Below are positions 10,077 to 20,390 of a DNA stretch of 64,000 bases, one piece after another. Origin of the DNA: Candidatus Thalassarchaeaceae archaeon (GTDB taxonomy: Archaea; Thermoplasmatota; Poseidoniia; Poseidoniales; Thalassarchaeaceae); contig JBKEHQ010000002.1 in NCBI GenBank assembly GCA_046710875.1, forward strand, positions 2,717-66,716. The letters run 5' to 3'. Each line of letters starts with the position of its first letter. The stretch's first letter is position 1. A program made the translations under genes and the position numbers. The notes beneath the pieces are model-generated. The model saw only the letters and a list, made by a program, of their open reading frames with translations, searched no databases and was not told the origin of the DNA.

Positions 10077-10174
10077 ATTTCATCGAGAAGAGGTCATCGG
10101 ATATCTACTCATCGCATATAATGAACTCATCATTAAGCGAAGACTTGATGCGCTTTTACCTCTTCGAGTGAGAT

Positions 10175-10408
10175 ATGTCGTCCAGTTACGTTCTAATTAA
10201 TGTTGAACCAGGCTCAGAATCAATTGTCTTTGAAAAATTATCAAAACTAGATTTTATTTCAGATATAAATCATCTTTTTGGTGATTATGATATAATCGTA
10301 AAGATAGAAGCCGAAGGGATTGGAATTATCGCCGGCTTAGTCGTATCCTCAATTCGTCCAATTGATGGAATATTTAATACTAAAACTTTAGCATGTGCAG
10401 AATTTTAA
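10175..10408 (+). CDS. stand-alone Lrp/AsnC-type ligand-binding (RAM) domain protein
   Basis: 77 aa. YVLINVEPGSESIVFEKLSKLDFISDINHLFGDYDIIVKIEAEG fits the beta-alpha-beta-beta-alpha-beta RAM-domain pattern with no HTH domain. Confidence 0.6.
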   Translation: MSSSYVLINVEPGSESIVFEKLSKLDFISDINHLFGDYDIIVKIEAEGIGIIAGLVVSSIRPIDGIFNTKTLACAEF

Positions 10409-10511
10409 AAATTTTTATGATTCATTTACTCACAATAGGGGCACAGTGCGCCGTTTATCTGCCCAAAAGTTAATTATCTACTACCAAATCGAGAGATTTG
10501 GAGATACAATA

Positions 10512-10775
10512 ATGATTGAAAAGAAATATTTTGTTTTAATGAAAGATGGAAATGATACTACTCAAGTTTTCCATAGTAAACAACCTAGGGGTGCAGCATT
10601 GAAAGCAGCCTCAAGAGGGGAGACCGAAATAAGTCTCAGAGAGAGAGGTACTAACCGTGTGCATGTGTTCACAGGTGAGAAAAAAATGGTTGCAAAACCA
10701 GCAAGTGCACCTGATTGGTTACCTGATAAAATTAATAAAGCAAATGTTAAGAAAGTCCGAATTGATAGGATTTAA
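10512..10775 (+). CDS. archaeal chromatin protein MC1
   Basis: From the ATG at 10512: MIEKKYFVLMKDGNDTTQVFHSKQPRGAALKAASRGETEISLRERGTNRVHVFTGEKKMVAKPASAPDWLPDKINKANVKKVRIDRI. This closely follows the MC1 pattern (FxL.d..G.e.gVF.GkqPRqAALKAA.RG...I.LRERGTkkvHvF.G......P...P.W.P.KI.K..VKK). GGAGA at 10500-10504 sits 7 nt upstream. The track ORF start at 10395 is an over-extension overlapping the previous gene. Confidence 0.85.
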   Translation: MIEKKYFVLMKDGNDTTQVFHSKQPRGAALKAASRGETEISLRERGTNRVHVFTGEKKMVAKPASAPDWLPDKINKANVKKVRIDRI

Positions 10776-10778
10776 TTT

Positions 10779-11543
10779 TTATTTTCTTATTCCTAATTTT
10801 TTAGCTAAAATGGCTATTGGATCGTAATATTCTGTCACTACTCTTTCTTTTAATGGTATGATGGCATTATCGGTGATATTTATTCCTGCAGGGCATACAT
10901 CTGTACAACATCTAGTAATATTGCAATAACCTATTCCAAAATCTTCTTTTATTTCCGGAATTCTATTTTCAGTATCTAATGGATGCATCTCCAATCCCGC
11001 CAATCGAACAAAAAATCTTGGGCCTGCAAATTCATCAAACTTTTCATGCTCTCTCAATACATGGCATGTATTTACACACAACATACATTCGATACAAGAT
11101 CTAAATTCTTGAATCCTATCCGCTTCCCTCTGATTAAAATTCCAATCTAATTCTTCTGGGCCATTTATTGGAACCATTTTTTTATTCATTTCATATGCCC
11201 ATGATGTATCTGTCACTAGGTCTCTTGTTAGGGGGAATGCTTGCATTGGTTTTACTAAAATAGGTGCTCCTTCTTCAGTTTCTTCTAATATATCTTCCAT
11301 TCTGGTCATACACATAAGACGGGGCTTGCCATTTACTTCGGCAGAACAGGAACCACATTTACCTGCTTTACAGTTCCATCTACAAGCTAAATCTGGAGCA
11401 TGTTCGGCTTGTATTCTATGTATCACGTCTAATACTACCATGCCATCATCCATTGGTACAGTATAATCTACCATTTCACCAATGATATCGCCATTATTAT
11501 CGGGCTCCCCGCGAAAAATCTTGAAAGTAATATCTTCAGCCAA
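10779..11543 (-). CDS. sdhB: succinate dehydrogenase / fumarate reductase iron-sulfur subunit
   Basis: Three Cys clusters: CRWNCKAGKCGSC (2Fe-2S), CIECMLCVNTC (4Fe-4S) and CNITRCCTDVCP (3Fe-4S). Confidence 0.9.
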   Translation of the reverse strand: MAEDITFKIFRGEPDNNGDIIGEMVDYTVPMDDGMVVLDVIHRIQAEHAPDLACRWNCKAGKCGSCSAEVNGKPRLMCMTRMEDILEETEEGAPILVKPMQAFPLTRDLVTDTSWAYEMNKKMVPINGPEELDWNFNQREADRIQEFRSCIECMLCVNTCHVLREHEKFDEFAGPRFFVRLAGLEMHPLDTENRIPEIKEDFGIGYCNITRCCTDVCPAGINITDNAIIPLKERVVTEYYDPIAILAKKLGIRK

Positions 11544-11545
11544 AA

Positions 11546-13372
11546 TTATTCCTCCTCATGAAAATCATCCGCATCTAATAATTTTTTCAAGTCTTCATCC
11601 ATTGGGGGGTACCTACGATGCTCAATAGCCATAACATCTTTTTGGGTAATTACACTGTTTATTTTCCCCCAATATTTGTAATCTGGAACTGGAAAATCTT
11701 CTCTGGTGTGCCCGCCTCGAGATTCTTCCCTATGGAGGGCAGCCAATGTACACATTCTACTAACATCTATCATTGCATCAATTTCCAAAGATTGATGCCA
11801 TCCAGGATTATATATTCTACTACTTCCGGATGTAGTATTTCCTCCACGAATTTCTAATTCATTCAGATCTAGTAAAGCTTCTTTGAGCAAACTTTCCGTA
11901 CGTATTATTCCCACTTTATTCTGCATCATTTCTCTTAAATCTTCAACAACTTTTGCAGGGTTTTCTCCACTTTCTCTCTTAAGGGGGGCCAAAGTATCTT
12001 CAATCGCCTTTTCAATTTCAGATGCTTCAATAATAGAAAAATATTCTATTTCTTTGGCTCTTTTTGCAGCATAACTTCCAGCTATTTTTCCAAAAACAAT
12101 CAAGTCAGATAATGAATTTCCTCCTAATCTATTAGCACCATGTAGCCCTGTAGCGGCTTCTCCTGCTGCATACATTCTAGGGACCGTAGTTTCCTGAGTT
12201 TCAGGATCAACTCTTATGCCTCCCATTACATAATGAGCGGTCGGACCAACTTCCATTTTTTCAGTTGTTATGTCTACTGCAGCCAATTCTTTGAACTGAT
12301 GATACATTCCGGGTAATTTCTTCTTAACTTCTTCAGGATCTCTCCAAGATATATCTAGGTATGCACCACCGTGTTCACTCGATCTTCCAGCATCCCTCTC
12401 AGCATTTATGGCCTTAGCAACAACATCCCTCGTTAGTAATTCAGGGGGCCTTCTTACTGTTGCCAATTTTCCACTAACTATTTCGGAAACCCATTCCAAA
12501 GCTTCCTCTTCGGTATCTGCAAATTCATCTTTATACATTTCAGGGACATATTCAAACATAAATCTATCACCTTCAGAATTAGTTAACATGCCTCCTTCAC
12601 CACGAACACCTTCTGTAACCAAGATGCCCTTGACTGATGGTGGCCAAATCATGCCTGTTGGGTGAAATTGAATAAACTCCATATCCCCCATCTCAGCACC
12701 TGCCCAGTATGCTAGGGCATAGCCTTCTCCGGTGTATTCCCAAGATCCAGAACAAACTTCCCAACATCTTGTTGCGCCTCCAGTTGCCATGACAATTGTC
12801 TTAGCCTTGAAAACGTGTAAGGTACCATCATTTCTATTATATGCAAAGCAACCAGATACTTTACCATCCGTCTTGAAGATTTTGCGAACGGTAAATTCCA
12901 TGAATACATCCATTCCCATGTGCACGCCCTTCTCTTGCAATGTCCGTATAAGTTCCAATCCAGTTGCATCTCCGATATGGGCTAGCCGCGGGTAAGTATG
13001 GCCTCCAAAATTTCTTTGATTTGTAAGTCCTTTTTCAGTTCTATCAAAAACGGCACCCCATGTTTCTAATTCTCTAATTCTATCAGGTGCCTGTTGAGCA
13101 TGTATTTTTGCCATCCTCCAGTCATTGAGGTATTTGCCACCTTTCATTGTATCTCTAAAGTGAATTTTCCAATTATCTCTTGGATCCTTATTTCCTAATG
13201 CAGCAGCAGCTCCTCCTTCAGCCATCACAGTATGGGCCTTACCAAGCATCGATTTGCAAATCATAGCAACACTTACTCCAGTCTTACTGGCCTCAATGGC
13301 TGCCCTAAGTCCAGCCCCTCCAGCGCCTATTATCACAACATCGTGTTCGTGAATTATATATTTTTCATCCAT
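11546..13372 (-). CDS. sdhA: succinate dehydrogenase / fumarate reductase flavoprotein subunit
   Basis: FAD fold [14 protein letters not shown]. Covalent-FAD His context [11 protein letters not shown]. Also FIQFHPTG and [12 protein letters not shown]. 608 aa. Confidence 0.92.
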   Translation of the reverse strand: MDEKYIIHEHDVVIIGAGGAGLRAAIEASKTGVSVAMICKSMLGKAHTVMAEGGAAAALGNKDPRDNWKIHFRDTMKGGKYLNDWRMAKIHAQQAPDRIRELETWGAVFDRTEKGLTNQRNFGGHTYPRLAHIGDATGLELIRTLQEKGVHMGMDVFMEFTVRKIFKTDGKVSGCFAYNRNDGTLHVFKAKTIVMATGGATRCWEVCSGSWEYTGEGYALAYWAGAEMGDMEFIQFHPTGMIWPPSVKGILVTEGVRGEGGMLTNSEGDRFMFEYVPEMYKDEFADTEEEALEWVSEIVSGKLATVRRPPELLTRDVVAKAINAERDAGRSSEHGGAYLDISWRDPEEVKKKLPGMYHQFKELAAVDITTEKMEVGPTAHYVMGGIRVDPETQETTVPRMYAAGEAATGLHGANRLGGNSLSDLIVFGKIAGSYAAKRAKEIEYFSIIEASEIEKAIEDTLAPLKRESGENPAKVVEDLREMMQNKVGIIRTESLLKEALLDLNELEIRGGNTTSGSSRIYNPGWHQSLEIDAMIDVSRMCTLAALHREESRGGHTREDFPVPDYKYWGKINSVITQKDVMAIEHRRYPPMDEDLKKLLDADDFHEEE

Positions 13373-13381
13373 TGAAATACC

Positions 13382-14182
13382 TCAGATAATTATGATGTAA
13401 GGGTCGTGAATAATTCCTTCAGCAACCGCCCAAACAAACAAGTCTCCGATGAACACCATCCCTAAACTGGTCCAAAACCAAAAAGAATGATCAACATTTA
13501 TATTGCTAATTTTAATATATATTCCGCCCATAATGCCGGAAATACCGCCCCGCCATTGATTCATACTTCCTCCAAATAAATGTCTAAATGCATGACATGA
13601 ACCAACATACATCAATAATAAAATTGATTCTACGGCAAGAACCACCGTTCCAATTGATATCCCAAATCCTTCTTTTTCAGTACCATTAAAAAAATGCATG
13701 GTTTGATATACGTCAAAAATTTTCATTGATAATATTATTATTGCTAGATATAACATATACCTATGTATGTTGTTTAATATAAATAATCCAGTTTCACCCT
13801 TGTATCCAATGCGATAGTTTATTTCTGGCTTAGAAACTACACATGCAGTTGGATTTTGAAAGAATACTCTATGATATACTCTGCGCATGTAATAACAAGT
13901 GCCTCTAAATCCGAAAGGTATCCATAAAATCAATAATGCAGAATTCATCCAATTAGGAGTTTTCAAGTCAAATAAATGAATAACATCTGGAGAAAAGATT
14001 GGAGATGTGACTCTATGGTTGTCATATTGAATTGCTCCATCCCATAATGTTACACGGAATGTAGTATATACAAGAGTTAGAGTAAGTGCAAAAGCCATCC
14101 AAAAAGGTTCGGTCCACCATTTATCTACCCGATCTGTAATTCCAAATCCTCTTTTTATTGGAAGTTTTAATGAATTTGACAT
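13382..14182 (-). CDS. putative succinate dehydrogenase membrane anchor (single large cytochrome-b-like subunit)
   Basis: 266-aa polytopic protein encoded directly upstream of sdhA (9-nt gap), giving a C-A-B gene order. Several membrane-embedded His residues (YHRVFF, NIHRYM, CHAFRHLF) could be heme ligands. The assignment rests mainly on context. Confidence 0.55.
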   Translation of the reverse strand: MSNSLKLPIKRGFGITDRVDKWWTEPFWMAFALTLTLVYTTFRVTLWDGAIQYDNHRVTSPIFSPDVIHLFDLKTPNWMNSALLILWIPFGFRGTCYYMRRVYHRVFFQNPTACVVSKPEINYRIGYKGETGLFILNNIHRYMLYLAIIILSMKIFDVYQTMHFFNGTEKEGFGISIGTVVLAVESILLLMYVGSCHAFRHLFGGSMNQWRGGISGIMGGIYIKISNINVDHSFWFWTSLGMVFIGDLFVWAVAEGIIHDPYIIII

Positions 14183-14307
14183 CCTAAATTCTCCCCAATA
14201 GTCTTCCCCAAATGCAGGTAGGAAATAAGTGATTGCTTTTCTCCATTAGGTAAATTTAGATGTTTTATTAAATATTTTTATAAGCATCTCCTCAATATAA
14301 AATATCA

Positions 14308-14418
14308 ATGGTTGGTTCCGGAGACATTGAAACATCAATTTGTATTAATTGTGGCTTTATGCCTGGGGTATGGCTACCAACTATCCCATGTCCGGAATGC
14401 GGCGAACCGTTCCTTTAG
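14308..14418 (+). CDS. 36-aa zinc-ribbon miniprotein (not in the ORF track)
   Basis: My translation: MVGSGDIETSICINCGFMPGVWLPTIPCPECGEPFL*, with two CxxC knuckles 12 residues apart. An A/T-rich TATA-like stretch (atttttataa, 14274-14283) lies ~26 nt upstream of the ATG, consistent with a leaderless or short-leader mRNA. The stop overlaps the convergent ALDH stop by 4 nt. Confidence 0.4.
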   Translation: MVGSGDIETSICINCGFMPGVWLPTIPCPECGEPFL

Positions 14419-16118
14419 GACAATGCCGAGTAATCAACATCAGCTTCTATGAAATCTATTTCTTCTACGTCCATTTGGGCAAGTTGTAATTTACCAGATA
14501 ATTCATCATTTACCGCATGCCAATATGAGTAGGCTTCTATGACCCATATTCCAGATTCTCGTGTGCCATTTCCGCTACCTTTAACTCCTCCAAAGGGAAG
14601 ATGGGCTTCGGCACCTGTTGTAGAATTATTTATGCCAGTCATTCCAGCCTTAATTCCCGTCTTGAATCTATATGCTTCTAATCTATCATTAGTATATATT
14701 GCACTAGATAATCCATATGGAGATGCATTGGCTAGATGTAATGCGTGTTCGAAATCAGTTGCCTTCACCAAAGTAATTGCAGGTCCAAAAATTTCTTCAT
14801 GAAAACATTCCATATCTTCAGTCACATTTGAGTAAACATGTGGCCACATGTAAACTCCTTCCTCTGGAGTTCCAAGGAAATTATCAGGTTTATTTTCTGT
14901 TGTGATCCTTCCATTACCCCATAATTTAGTAGCACCACTAGAGTCGCACATCTCTAATGCTTTAAGAAAATCAATTGCATATCTTTCAGATAACATTGGC
15001 CCATATAGTACTCCATCGTGCTCCATTGAATCTCCTATTGTAGTGGATCTTACTTTGTCCATAAATTTACTAACAAATTCGTCATATATGTCCTCATGAA
15101 TGATTAAATTACCTAGGCTTGTACATCTTTGCCCTGCAGTTCCAAAGCCGGCCCAATATGCGCCTTCAATCGCATTCTCAAGATCTGCACTTGGCATTAT
15201 TACTAAGGGATTTTTGCCCCCCAATTCTAAACTAGCCGATACTAGATTCCTGCCACAAACTTCTCCAATCATTTTTCCTACCGAAGTACTTCCAGTGAAG
15301 CTAATTTTATTCACTAATCCCTCATCCACTGCATCAACAAGATACTGACCTGCTCCACTACCTTTGCCATGAACTAGATTAATTACCCCATTTGGTAATC
15401 CAGCCTCATGCATAATTCTTGCAAGCATAAAAGAAAGAAGGGGCGCATCTTGTGGAGATTTCCAAACACACGTATTTCCACACATAATTGCAGGTATCAT
15501 TTTCCAAAATGGGACCGCTGCTGGGAAATTACACGCATTAATTATTCCACAAACTCCCAATGGCCGCCTATATGTAAATAATTCTTTATCGGGTAATTCT
15601 GAATTCACTGTTTGTCCATAAAGTCGGCGGCCTTCAGATTGAAAGAAGAGACATGTATCAATCGCTTCTTGCACTGAACCAGCACTTTCTTTCAACGTTT
15701 TTCCTATCTCTCTAGTCTCTAATCGTACTATGTCATCCTTATATTGCATCAATAATCTACCCATATTTCCAATTATTTGACCTCTAGTTGGGGCCGGAGT
15801 TGTTGACCAAGGTCCAAATGCTTCTGTTGCAGCACTGATTGCATCGTGCACATCTTCTTTTGAAGATAGAGGAAATTCTCCTAAGCAATCCTTTAATAAT
15901 GCGGGATTAAAACTTTCAAATTTTTTCCCATCACTTGATTGTCTCAATTCACCATTGATTATATTGTACCCTCGGACCTTCGCCCTACCATTTGGATTTT
16001 CACTTTCTATAATTTCAAAACCTGTCTCGAGAACATGAGTCATGTACCTGGGATGGACACGACTTTGATAATCCTGCTGAATACTTCTATTTGCAACTGA
16101 AATAAAATCAAAAGACAA
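14415..16118 (-). CDS. NAD(P)-dependent aldehyde dehydrogenase family protein
   Basis: 567 aa. ELGGKNP (general-base Glu) and FGTAGQRCTSLG (catalytic Cys), with the WKSPQDAPL and FTGSTSVG cofactor-binding motifs. An N-terminal ~60-aa extension is present. Substrate is not assignable. Confidence 0.85.
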   Translation of the reverse strand: MSFDFISVANRSIQQDYQSRVHPRYMTHVLETGFEIIESENPNGRAKVRGYNIINGELRQSSDGKKFESFNPALLKDCLGEFPLSSKEDVHDAISAATEAFGPWSTTPAPTRGQIIGNMGRLLMQYKDDIVRLETREIGKTLKESAGSVQEAIDTCLFFQSEGRRLYGQTVNSELPDKELFTYRRPLGVCGIINACNFPAAVPFWKMIPAIMCGNTCVWKSPQDAPLLSFMLARIMHEAGLPNGVINLVHGKGSGAGQYLVDAVDEGLVNKISFTGSTSVGKMIGEVCGRNLVSASLELGGKNPLVIMPSADLENAIEGAYWAGFGTAGQRCTSLGNLIIHEDIYDEFVSKFMDKVRSTTIGDSMEHDGVLYGPMLSERYAIDFLKALEMCDSSGATKLWGNGRITTENKPDNFLGTPEEGVYMWPHVYSNVTEDMECFHEEIFGPAITLVKATDFEHALHLANASPYGLSSAIYTNDRLEAYRFKTGIKAGMTGINNSTTGAEAHLPFGGVKGSGNGTRESGIWVIEAYSYWHAVNDELSGKLQLAQMDVEEIDFIEADVDYSALS

Positions 16119-16161
16119 TTTTTAGTTAGTAGGTTTAATTACCCCAAAGTTTCACAAGGCT

Positions 16162-18402
16162 TTGTTAGGGGTTATTGGAGTGGCGGCAGATACATCAGAT
16201 TCTCTTACTTTGAGAGTAGCAAAAGCAATTCCGAGTGACGTAGGACATGGACGCGCAAGAGTCCCCTTTGATAATGACTTAAATCTTAAACCCGGAGATA
16301 TCGTAAAAATATCTGGAGATCAAGATACGGCAGCTATAGTTTGGAGATGTAGGCCAGAAGATGCTAATTTAGGAGTTATTCGCATAGATGGAATAATTCG
16401 AAAAAATGCTGGTGTGAGTTTAGGTGATAGAGTTACTATTTCCAAAGTAGAAACTCAACCATGTACTAGATTAGTATTAAGTCCAGTAATGGCTAAACAA
16501 CAAAAAGTAAGATTTGGACCTGGAATTGAGGGTTTTGCACGTAGAGGACTTAACAAAAGACCAGTTGTTGCAGGAGATAGGATTTTCATACCAGGTATGA
16601 CCCTATTCGCCGAAGCTCTTCCTTTTGCAATTGTACAAACTAGTCCAAAAGGCATAGTTCAAGTTTTGCCAGATACCGAGATAATAATCAAGGAAGAACC
16701 AGTAGGCCAAGAAGAACAGGAAATTATGCATTCCATTTCATATGAAGATATAGGAGGTATTGGACAACAATTACAAAATATTAGGGAAATGGTGGAATTG
16801 CCATTAAAACATCCTATTTTATTCCGTAGATTAGGCATAGATCCACCGAGAGGAGTTCTACTTCATGGCCCGCCAGGGACAGGCAAGACACTAATTGCGA
16901 AAGCAGTTGCATCAGAAACCAATGCACATTTCCAGTCAATAAATGGGCCAGAAATAATTTCAAAATATTATGGTGAAAGTGAAAAACAACTCAGAGAAAT
17001 TTTTGATGAAGCAGCTGCAAATTCCCCTGCTATCATTTTTATTGATGAATTAGATAGTATCGCTCCAAAAAGAGAGGACGTAAGCGGAGAAGTCGAACGA
17101 AGAGTTGTAGCGCAATTACTAACTCTGTTGGATGGAATGCAAACAAGGGACAATGTTGTTGTAATTGGAGCCACTAATCGCCGTGATGCAATTGATCCCG
17201 CTTTAAGGCGTCCGGGTAGATTTGATAGAGAATTAGAAATAGGTGTCCCTGATAAGAATGGAAGGGCCGAAATACTCGCAATTCATACCAGAGATATGCC
17301 AATAAGTGATGATTTTAATGCTGAATGGATATTGGATAATACATATGGATTTGTAGGAGCAGATATCTCTGCATTAGTACGTGAGTCAGCAATGAAGGCA
17401 TTACGTAGATATTTGCCAGAAATTAATTTGGATGAGGATGAGATACCACCAGAAGTTATTGAAAAAATGGAAGTTAAGATGGAAGATTTCCATTTAGCGA
17501 TTAAAGATATTGAACCTAGTGCACTCAGAGAAGTTTACGTCGAAGTTCCGCAAGTAAGTTGGGATCAAGTGGGAGGCTTAGAAGAAGTAAAAGAAAGACT
17601 CAAAGAAAGTATTGAATGGCCATTGAATAGGCCCGAGTCATTCGAACACTTTGGGATTAAACCTCCAAGAGGAATAATCCTTTTCGGGGCGCCCGGTACT
17701 GGAAAAACGTTGATTGCAAAGGCTATAGCAAATGAAGCAAGAGCCAACTTTATCACAATCAAAGGACCAGAATTAATTTCAAAATGGGTTGGAGAATCAG
17801 AAAAAGCCGTTAGAGAAGTTTTCAAAAAAGCCAAGCAGGCAAGTCCATCAATTATATTTTTAGATGAATTTGAAAGTATTGCTGGCATGAGGAGAAACAA
17901 CTCAGGAGATGGCTCAGACGCCATGAATCGAGTAGTAAATCAATTACTAAGTAGTATGGATGGAGTTGAATCAATGGAAGGAGTGATTGTAGTTGCGGCT
18001 ACTAATAGGCCAGAAATGATAGATCCTGCATTACTCCGTTCAGGCAGATTTGAAAGAGTTCTACACATACCTCCACCAGATAAAGAATCAATAAAACAAA
18101 TCTTGAAAATTCATACAGCAGATATGCCCTTAGGCAAATTCAATGTAGACGATTTTGCTCCAAGATTAGATAATTATACTGGTGCAGATATTGAAGCAAT
18201 ATGTAGAGAATCTGCTTTAATTGCTATGCGGGCCAATAAGAAAACTGTCTCAAAGAAATTCTTCGAACAAGCCATTGATAGAGTAAGGCCAACAATTACT
18301 CCTGAAATGATGGAATATTATGGTCGCATGGAAGCAACTCTGACTAGCGGCTTAGAGTCTGTCAAGAGGTCAAATAACTCTGCCGGCATGGAATCTGTTT
18401 GA
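16162..18402 (+). CDS. cdc48: Cdc48/VCP/p97-type AAA+ ATPase (double AAA)
   Basis: N-domain ([18 protein letters not shown]...), D1 Walker A GPPGTGKT with Walker B IIFIDELD, and D2 GAPGTGKT with IIFLDEFE. The track start is TTG, so the true start is uncertain by a few codons. Confidence 0.92.
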   Translation: MLGVIGVAADTSDSLTLRVAKAIPSDVGHGRARVPFDNDLNLKPGDIVKISGDQDTAAIVWRCRPEDANLGVIRIDGIIRKNAGVSLGDRVTISKVETQPCTRLVLSPVMAKQQKVRFGPGIEGFARRGLNKRPVVAGDRIFIPGMTLFAEALPFAIVQTSPKGIVQVLPDTEIIIKEEPVGQEEQEIMHSISYEDIGGIGQQLQNIREMVELPLKHPILFRRLGIDPPRGVLLHGPPGTGKTLIAKAVASETNAHFQSINGPEIISKYYGESEKQLREIFDEAAANSPAIIFIDELDSIAPKREDVSGEVERRVVAQLLTLLDGMQTRDNVVVIGATNRRDAIDPALRRPGRFDRELEIGVPDKNGRAEILAIHTRDMPISDDFNAEWILDNTYGFVGADISALVRESAMKALRRYLPEINLDEDEIPPEVIEKMEVKMEDFHLAIKDIEPSALREVYVEVPQVSWDQVGGLEEVKERLKESIEWPLNRPESFEHFGIKPPRGIILFGAPGTGKTLIAKAIANEARANFITIKGPELISKWVGESEKAVREVFKKAKQASPSIIFLDEFESIAGMRRNNSGDGSDAMNRVVNQLLSSMDGVESMEGVIVVAATNRPEMIDPALLRSGRFERVLHIPPPDKESIKQILKIHTADMPLGKFNVDDFAPRLDNYTGADIEAICRESALIAMRANKKTVSKKFFEQAIDRVRPTITPEMMEYYGRMEATLTSGLESVKRSNNSAGMESV

Positions 18403-18412
18403 GGTAAGAAAA

Positions 18413-18655
18413 TTGCCTACAACATTCAGTCTAGAGATATTACGAAAAAAAGTTGTTGATATCTCTGGGGATGTCTTGGGGACTCTTGCTGATTTTAGTA
18501 TTGATGAGGCATCGGGCAATGTTGTTGATATTTTAGTAGCAGTAGAATCTAGCATTGAACTAAATATGCTACCCTGGGATACTGTTGATGGTCTACTTTC
18601 GATACCTATTGAAGAAATAGATAACATCGGATCAAAAGTTCAATTAAAGCGTTAA
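18413..18655 (+). CDS. small PRC-barrel domain protein
   Basis: 80 aa. KKVVDISGDVLGTLADFSIDEASGNVVDILV fits the PRC-barrel pattern. The start is TTG, 8 nt after GAGGT (18401-18405), which overlaps the cdc48 stop. This suggests translational coupling. Confidence 0.65.
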   Translation: MPTTFSLEILRKKVVDISGDVLGTLADFSIDEASGNVVDILVAVESSIELNMLPWDTVDGLLSIPIEEIDNIGSKVQLKR

Positions 18656-18733
18656 TTTATGATGCGCCCTTGTTCATAACTTCACAACGGTCTTAAGATG
18701 AACTTAATGCTCGTTGATTGATATAAAGTATCG

Positions 18734-20380
18734 GTGGTCTTGAATATGGTCGATTGGAAACGTATTTATAGACGAATTTCTTCTAAAAAATATCGTCGCA
18801 ATGCCCTTGTTTTATCGTTTTGGGGGCTACTATTAACTTTGGTTTTATCAATTGCTTTTTCATATGTTGTCCCTGGCGAAACGCAACAGTCAGCATACGG
18901 TAATGATTGGAATGATTTGGGCTCATTTAGGGGCGAATTAAATAATTTAGGAATATCTACTACTGCCTTAGTTTCAAGTCCTTTATTGTTAAGTGAAGTT
19001 GAATATCCTGAAGAATCAATATTTATCATATCCGGCGTAGAAAGAGATACAATCTCATTACCTAGGTTCACTGGAGATGAGGATGTCATTCAATTTTCTG
19101 AAGGAGATGGTTACACTTCTTCTGAGATAATATCGATAGAAAATTTTGTCGAACGTGGTGGAACCGTTTTATTGATGGATGATTTTGGATATTCTAGTAA
19201 TTTAGCTAGTAAATTCGGCCTTGAATATACCGGGCATAGCCTATATGACGGCGAGGCTTATGATCGAAATCTTGGCTATAATTTTGTATGGGTAAATACT
19301 ACTTCAACTTACAATTTTACAACTACTCCTGGTTCTCAAAATTCTGTTAACCCCTGTATTAGAGATTTAGATAATGATGGATTTATTGATTTATTAGATA
19401 ATGATCCAATAAATCCCAATACTCAAAATGAAGTCATAAATCTAAAGAACGTAGGATTATGTGCTCATAGGTTTGATAGAGATACTGGGGAATGGGATTT
19501 TTCAGAAAATTATAATTTATTGACTAATGGACTATCAGCATTTGAAAAAACCTCGGCATATAATCCATCTGAACATCGTTACGTAATTGCTAAGACAACT
19601 CTAGATTCTTGGTTAGACAATAATGATGATGGGAATTATACCATAGGCGGGTATGAGGCACTCGGAATCCAAGGAGATGAACAAGGGCCTTTTCCAGTTT
19701 ATGTAAGGTATTGTGACAGTATTCTTTGTAGGTCGGCAGACTCTGGAAGAGTTCACTTTGTATCAGATGGTTCAATGTTAATAAATTCCCTTTATGATCC
19801 AGAATATGATGAAGAATATTCTGGATTAATTCCTTCTAATGATAATCGTAAATGGGCCCTTGATATAATTGCTGAATCATTATTAATTGGAAATTCAGGT
19901 ACCAATGTAAGTTCTAATGCTTTGGTCATATTTGATGAGAGCAGGCACCAACAACCAACTATCTTTGGAGATATGTATAATTTAATTTATTATTTGTTAA
20001 TTTATTTTACTAATGATTGGATGGCAATGGTAATATTATTTATGATTTTATTCATATCATTGGAGGCGATAATAATTAGGAAAGAAGACCCTGAAGATTG
20101 GCGACATATATTTAGAATTATTTATTATGGGTTCGGCGATGCAAATAGGTATGAGTATTATCAAAAATCAGATAAAATAAGGCAAGTTTTGTTGACTAGA
20201 GTTCGGAACTTAAATACCCTTTCTAGGGAGGATTTTGATGCTTTACCGGCAGTTGAATTACAAAAGATGGTCCAAGATCCTGTATTAATTAGATTCATAT
20301 TTGAAGATAGGAAATATAGGCCGGATGAACTAGTTGGAGTTGTTAAAAGAATCAAAGATTGGGGAAACGTAAATACATAG
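18734..20380 (+). CDS. bitopic membrane protein with a large ectodomain (DUF4350-like) and an Asp-rich Ca-binding-like insert
   Basis: N-terminal TM (ALVLSFWGLLLTLVLSIAF) and C-terminal TM (WMAMVILFMILFISLEAIII). The segment ERGGTVLLMDDFGYSSNLASKFGLEY resembles DUF4350. DLDNDGFIDLLDNDPINPN looks like a thrombospondin-type-3-like loop. The ATG at 18746 is an alternative start. Confidence 0.5.
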   Translation: MVLNMVDWKRIYRRISSKKYRRNALVLSFWGLLLTLVLSIAFSYVVPGETQQSAYGNDWNDLGSFRGELNNLGISTTALVSSPLLLSEVEYPEESIFIISGVERDTISLPRFTGDEDVIQFSEGDGYTSSEIISIENFVERGGTVLLMDDFGYSSNLASKFGLEYTGHSLYDGEAYDRNLGYNFVWVNTTSTYNFTTTPGSQNSVNPCIRDLDNDGFIDLLDNDPINPNTQNEVINLKNVGLCAHRFDRDTGEWDFSENYNLLTNGLSAFEKTSAYNPSEHRYVIAKTTLDSWLDNNDDGNYTIGGYEALGIQGDEQGPFPVYVRYCDSILCRSADSGRVHFVSDGSMLINSLYDPEYDEEYSGLIPSNDNRKWALDIIAESLLIGNSGTNVSSNALVIFDESRHQQPTIFGDMYNLIYYLLIYFTNDWMAMVILFMILFISLEAIIIRKEDPEDWRHIFRIIYYGFGDANRYEYYQKSDKIRQVLLTRVRNLNTLSREDFDALPAVELQKMVQDPVLIRFIFEDRKYRPDELVGVVKRIKDWGNVNT

Positions 20381-20390
20381 GTGAGGTAAA

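Noticed and set aside
10087-10165. Inverted 8-mers GAAGAGGT / ACCTCTTC 63 nt apart in the macro/RAM divergent intergenic region
   Set aside because: The arms are only 8 bp with a long unstructured spacer. This is expected by chance at this length, so I do not call it a regulatory hairpin or operator.
10395-10511. N-terminal 39-codon extension of the MC1 ORF
   Set aside because: It overlaps the RAM-domain gene, has no MC1 homology, and a good SD and ATG exist at 10500-10514.
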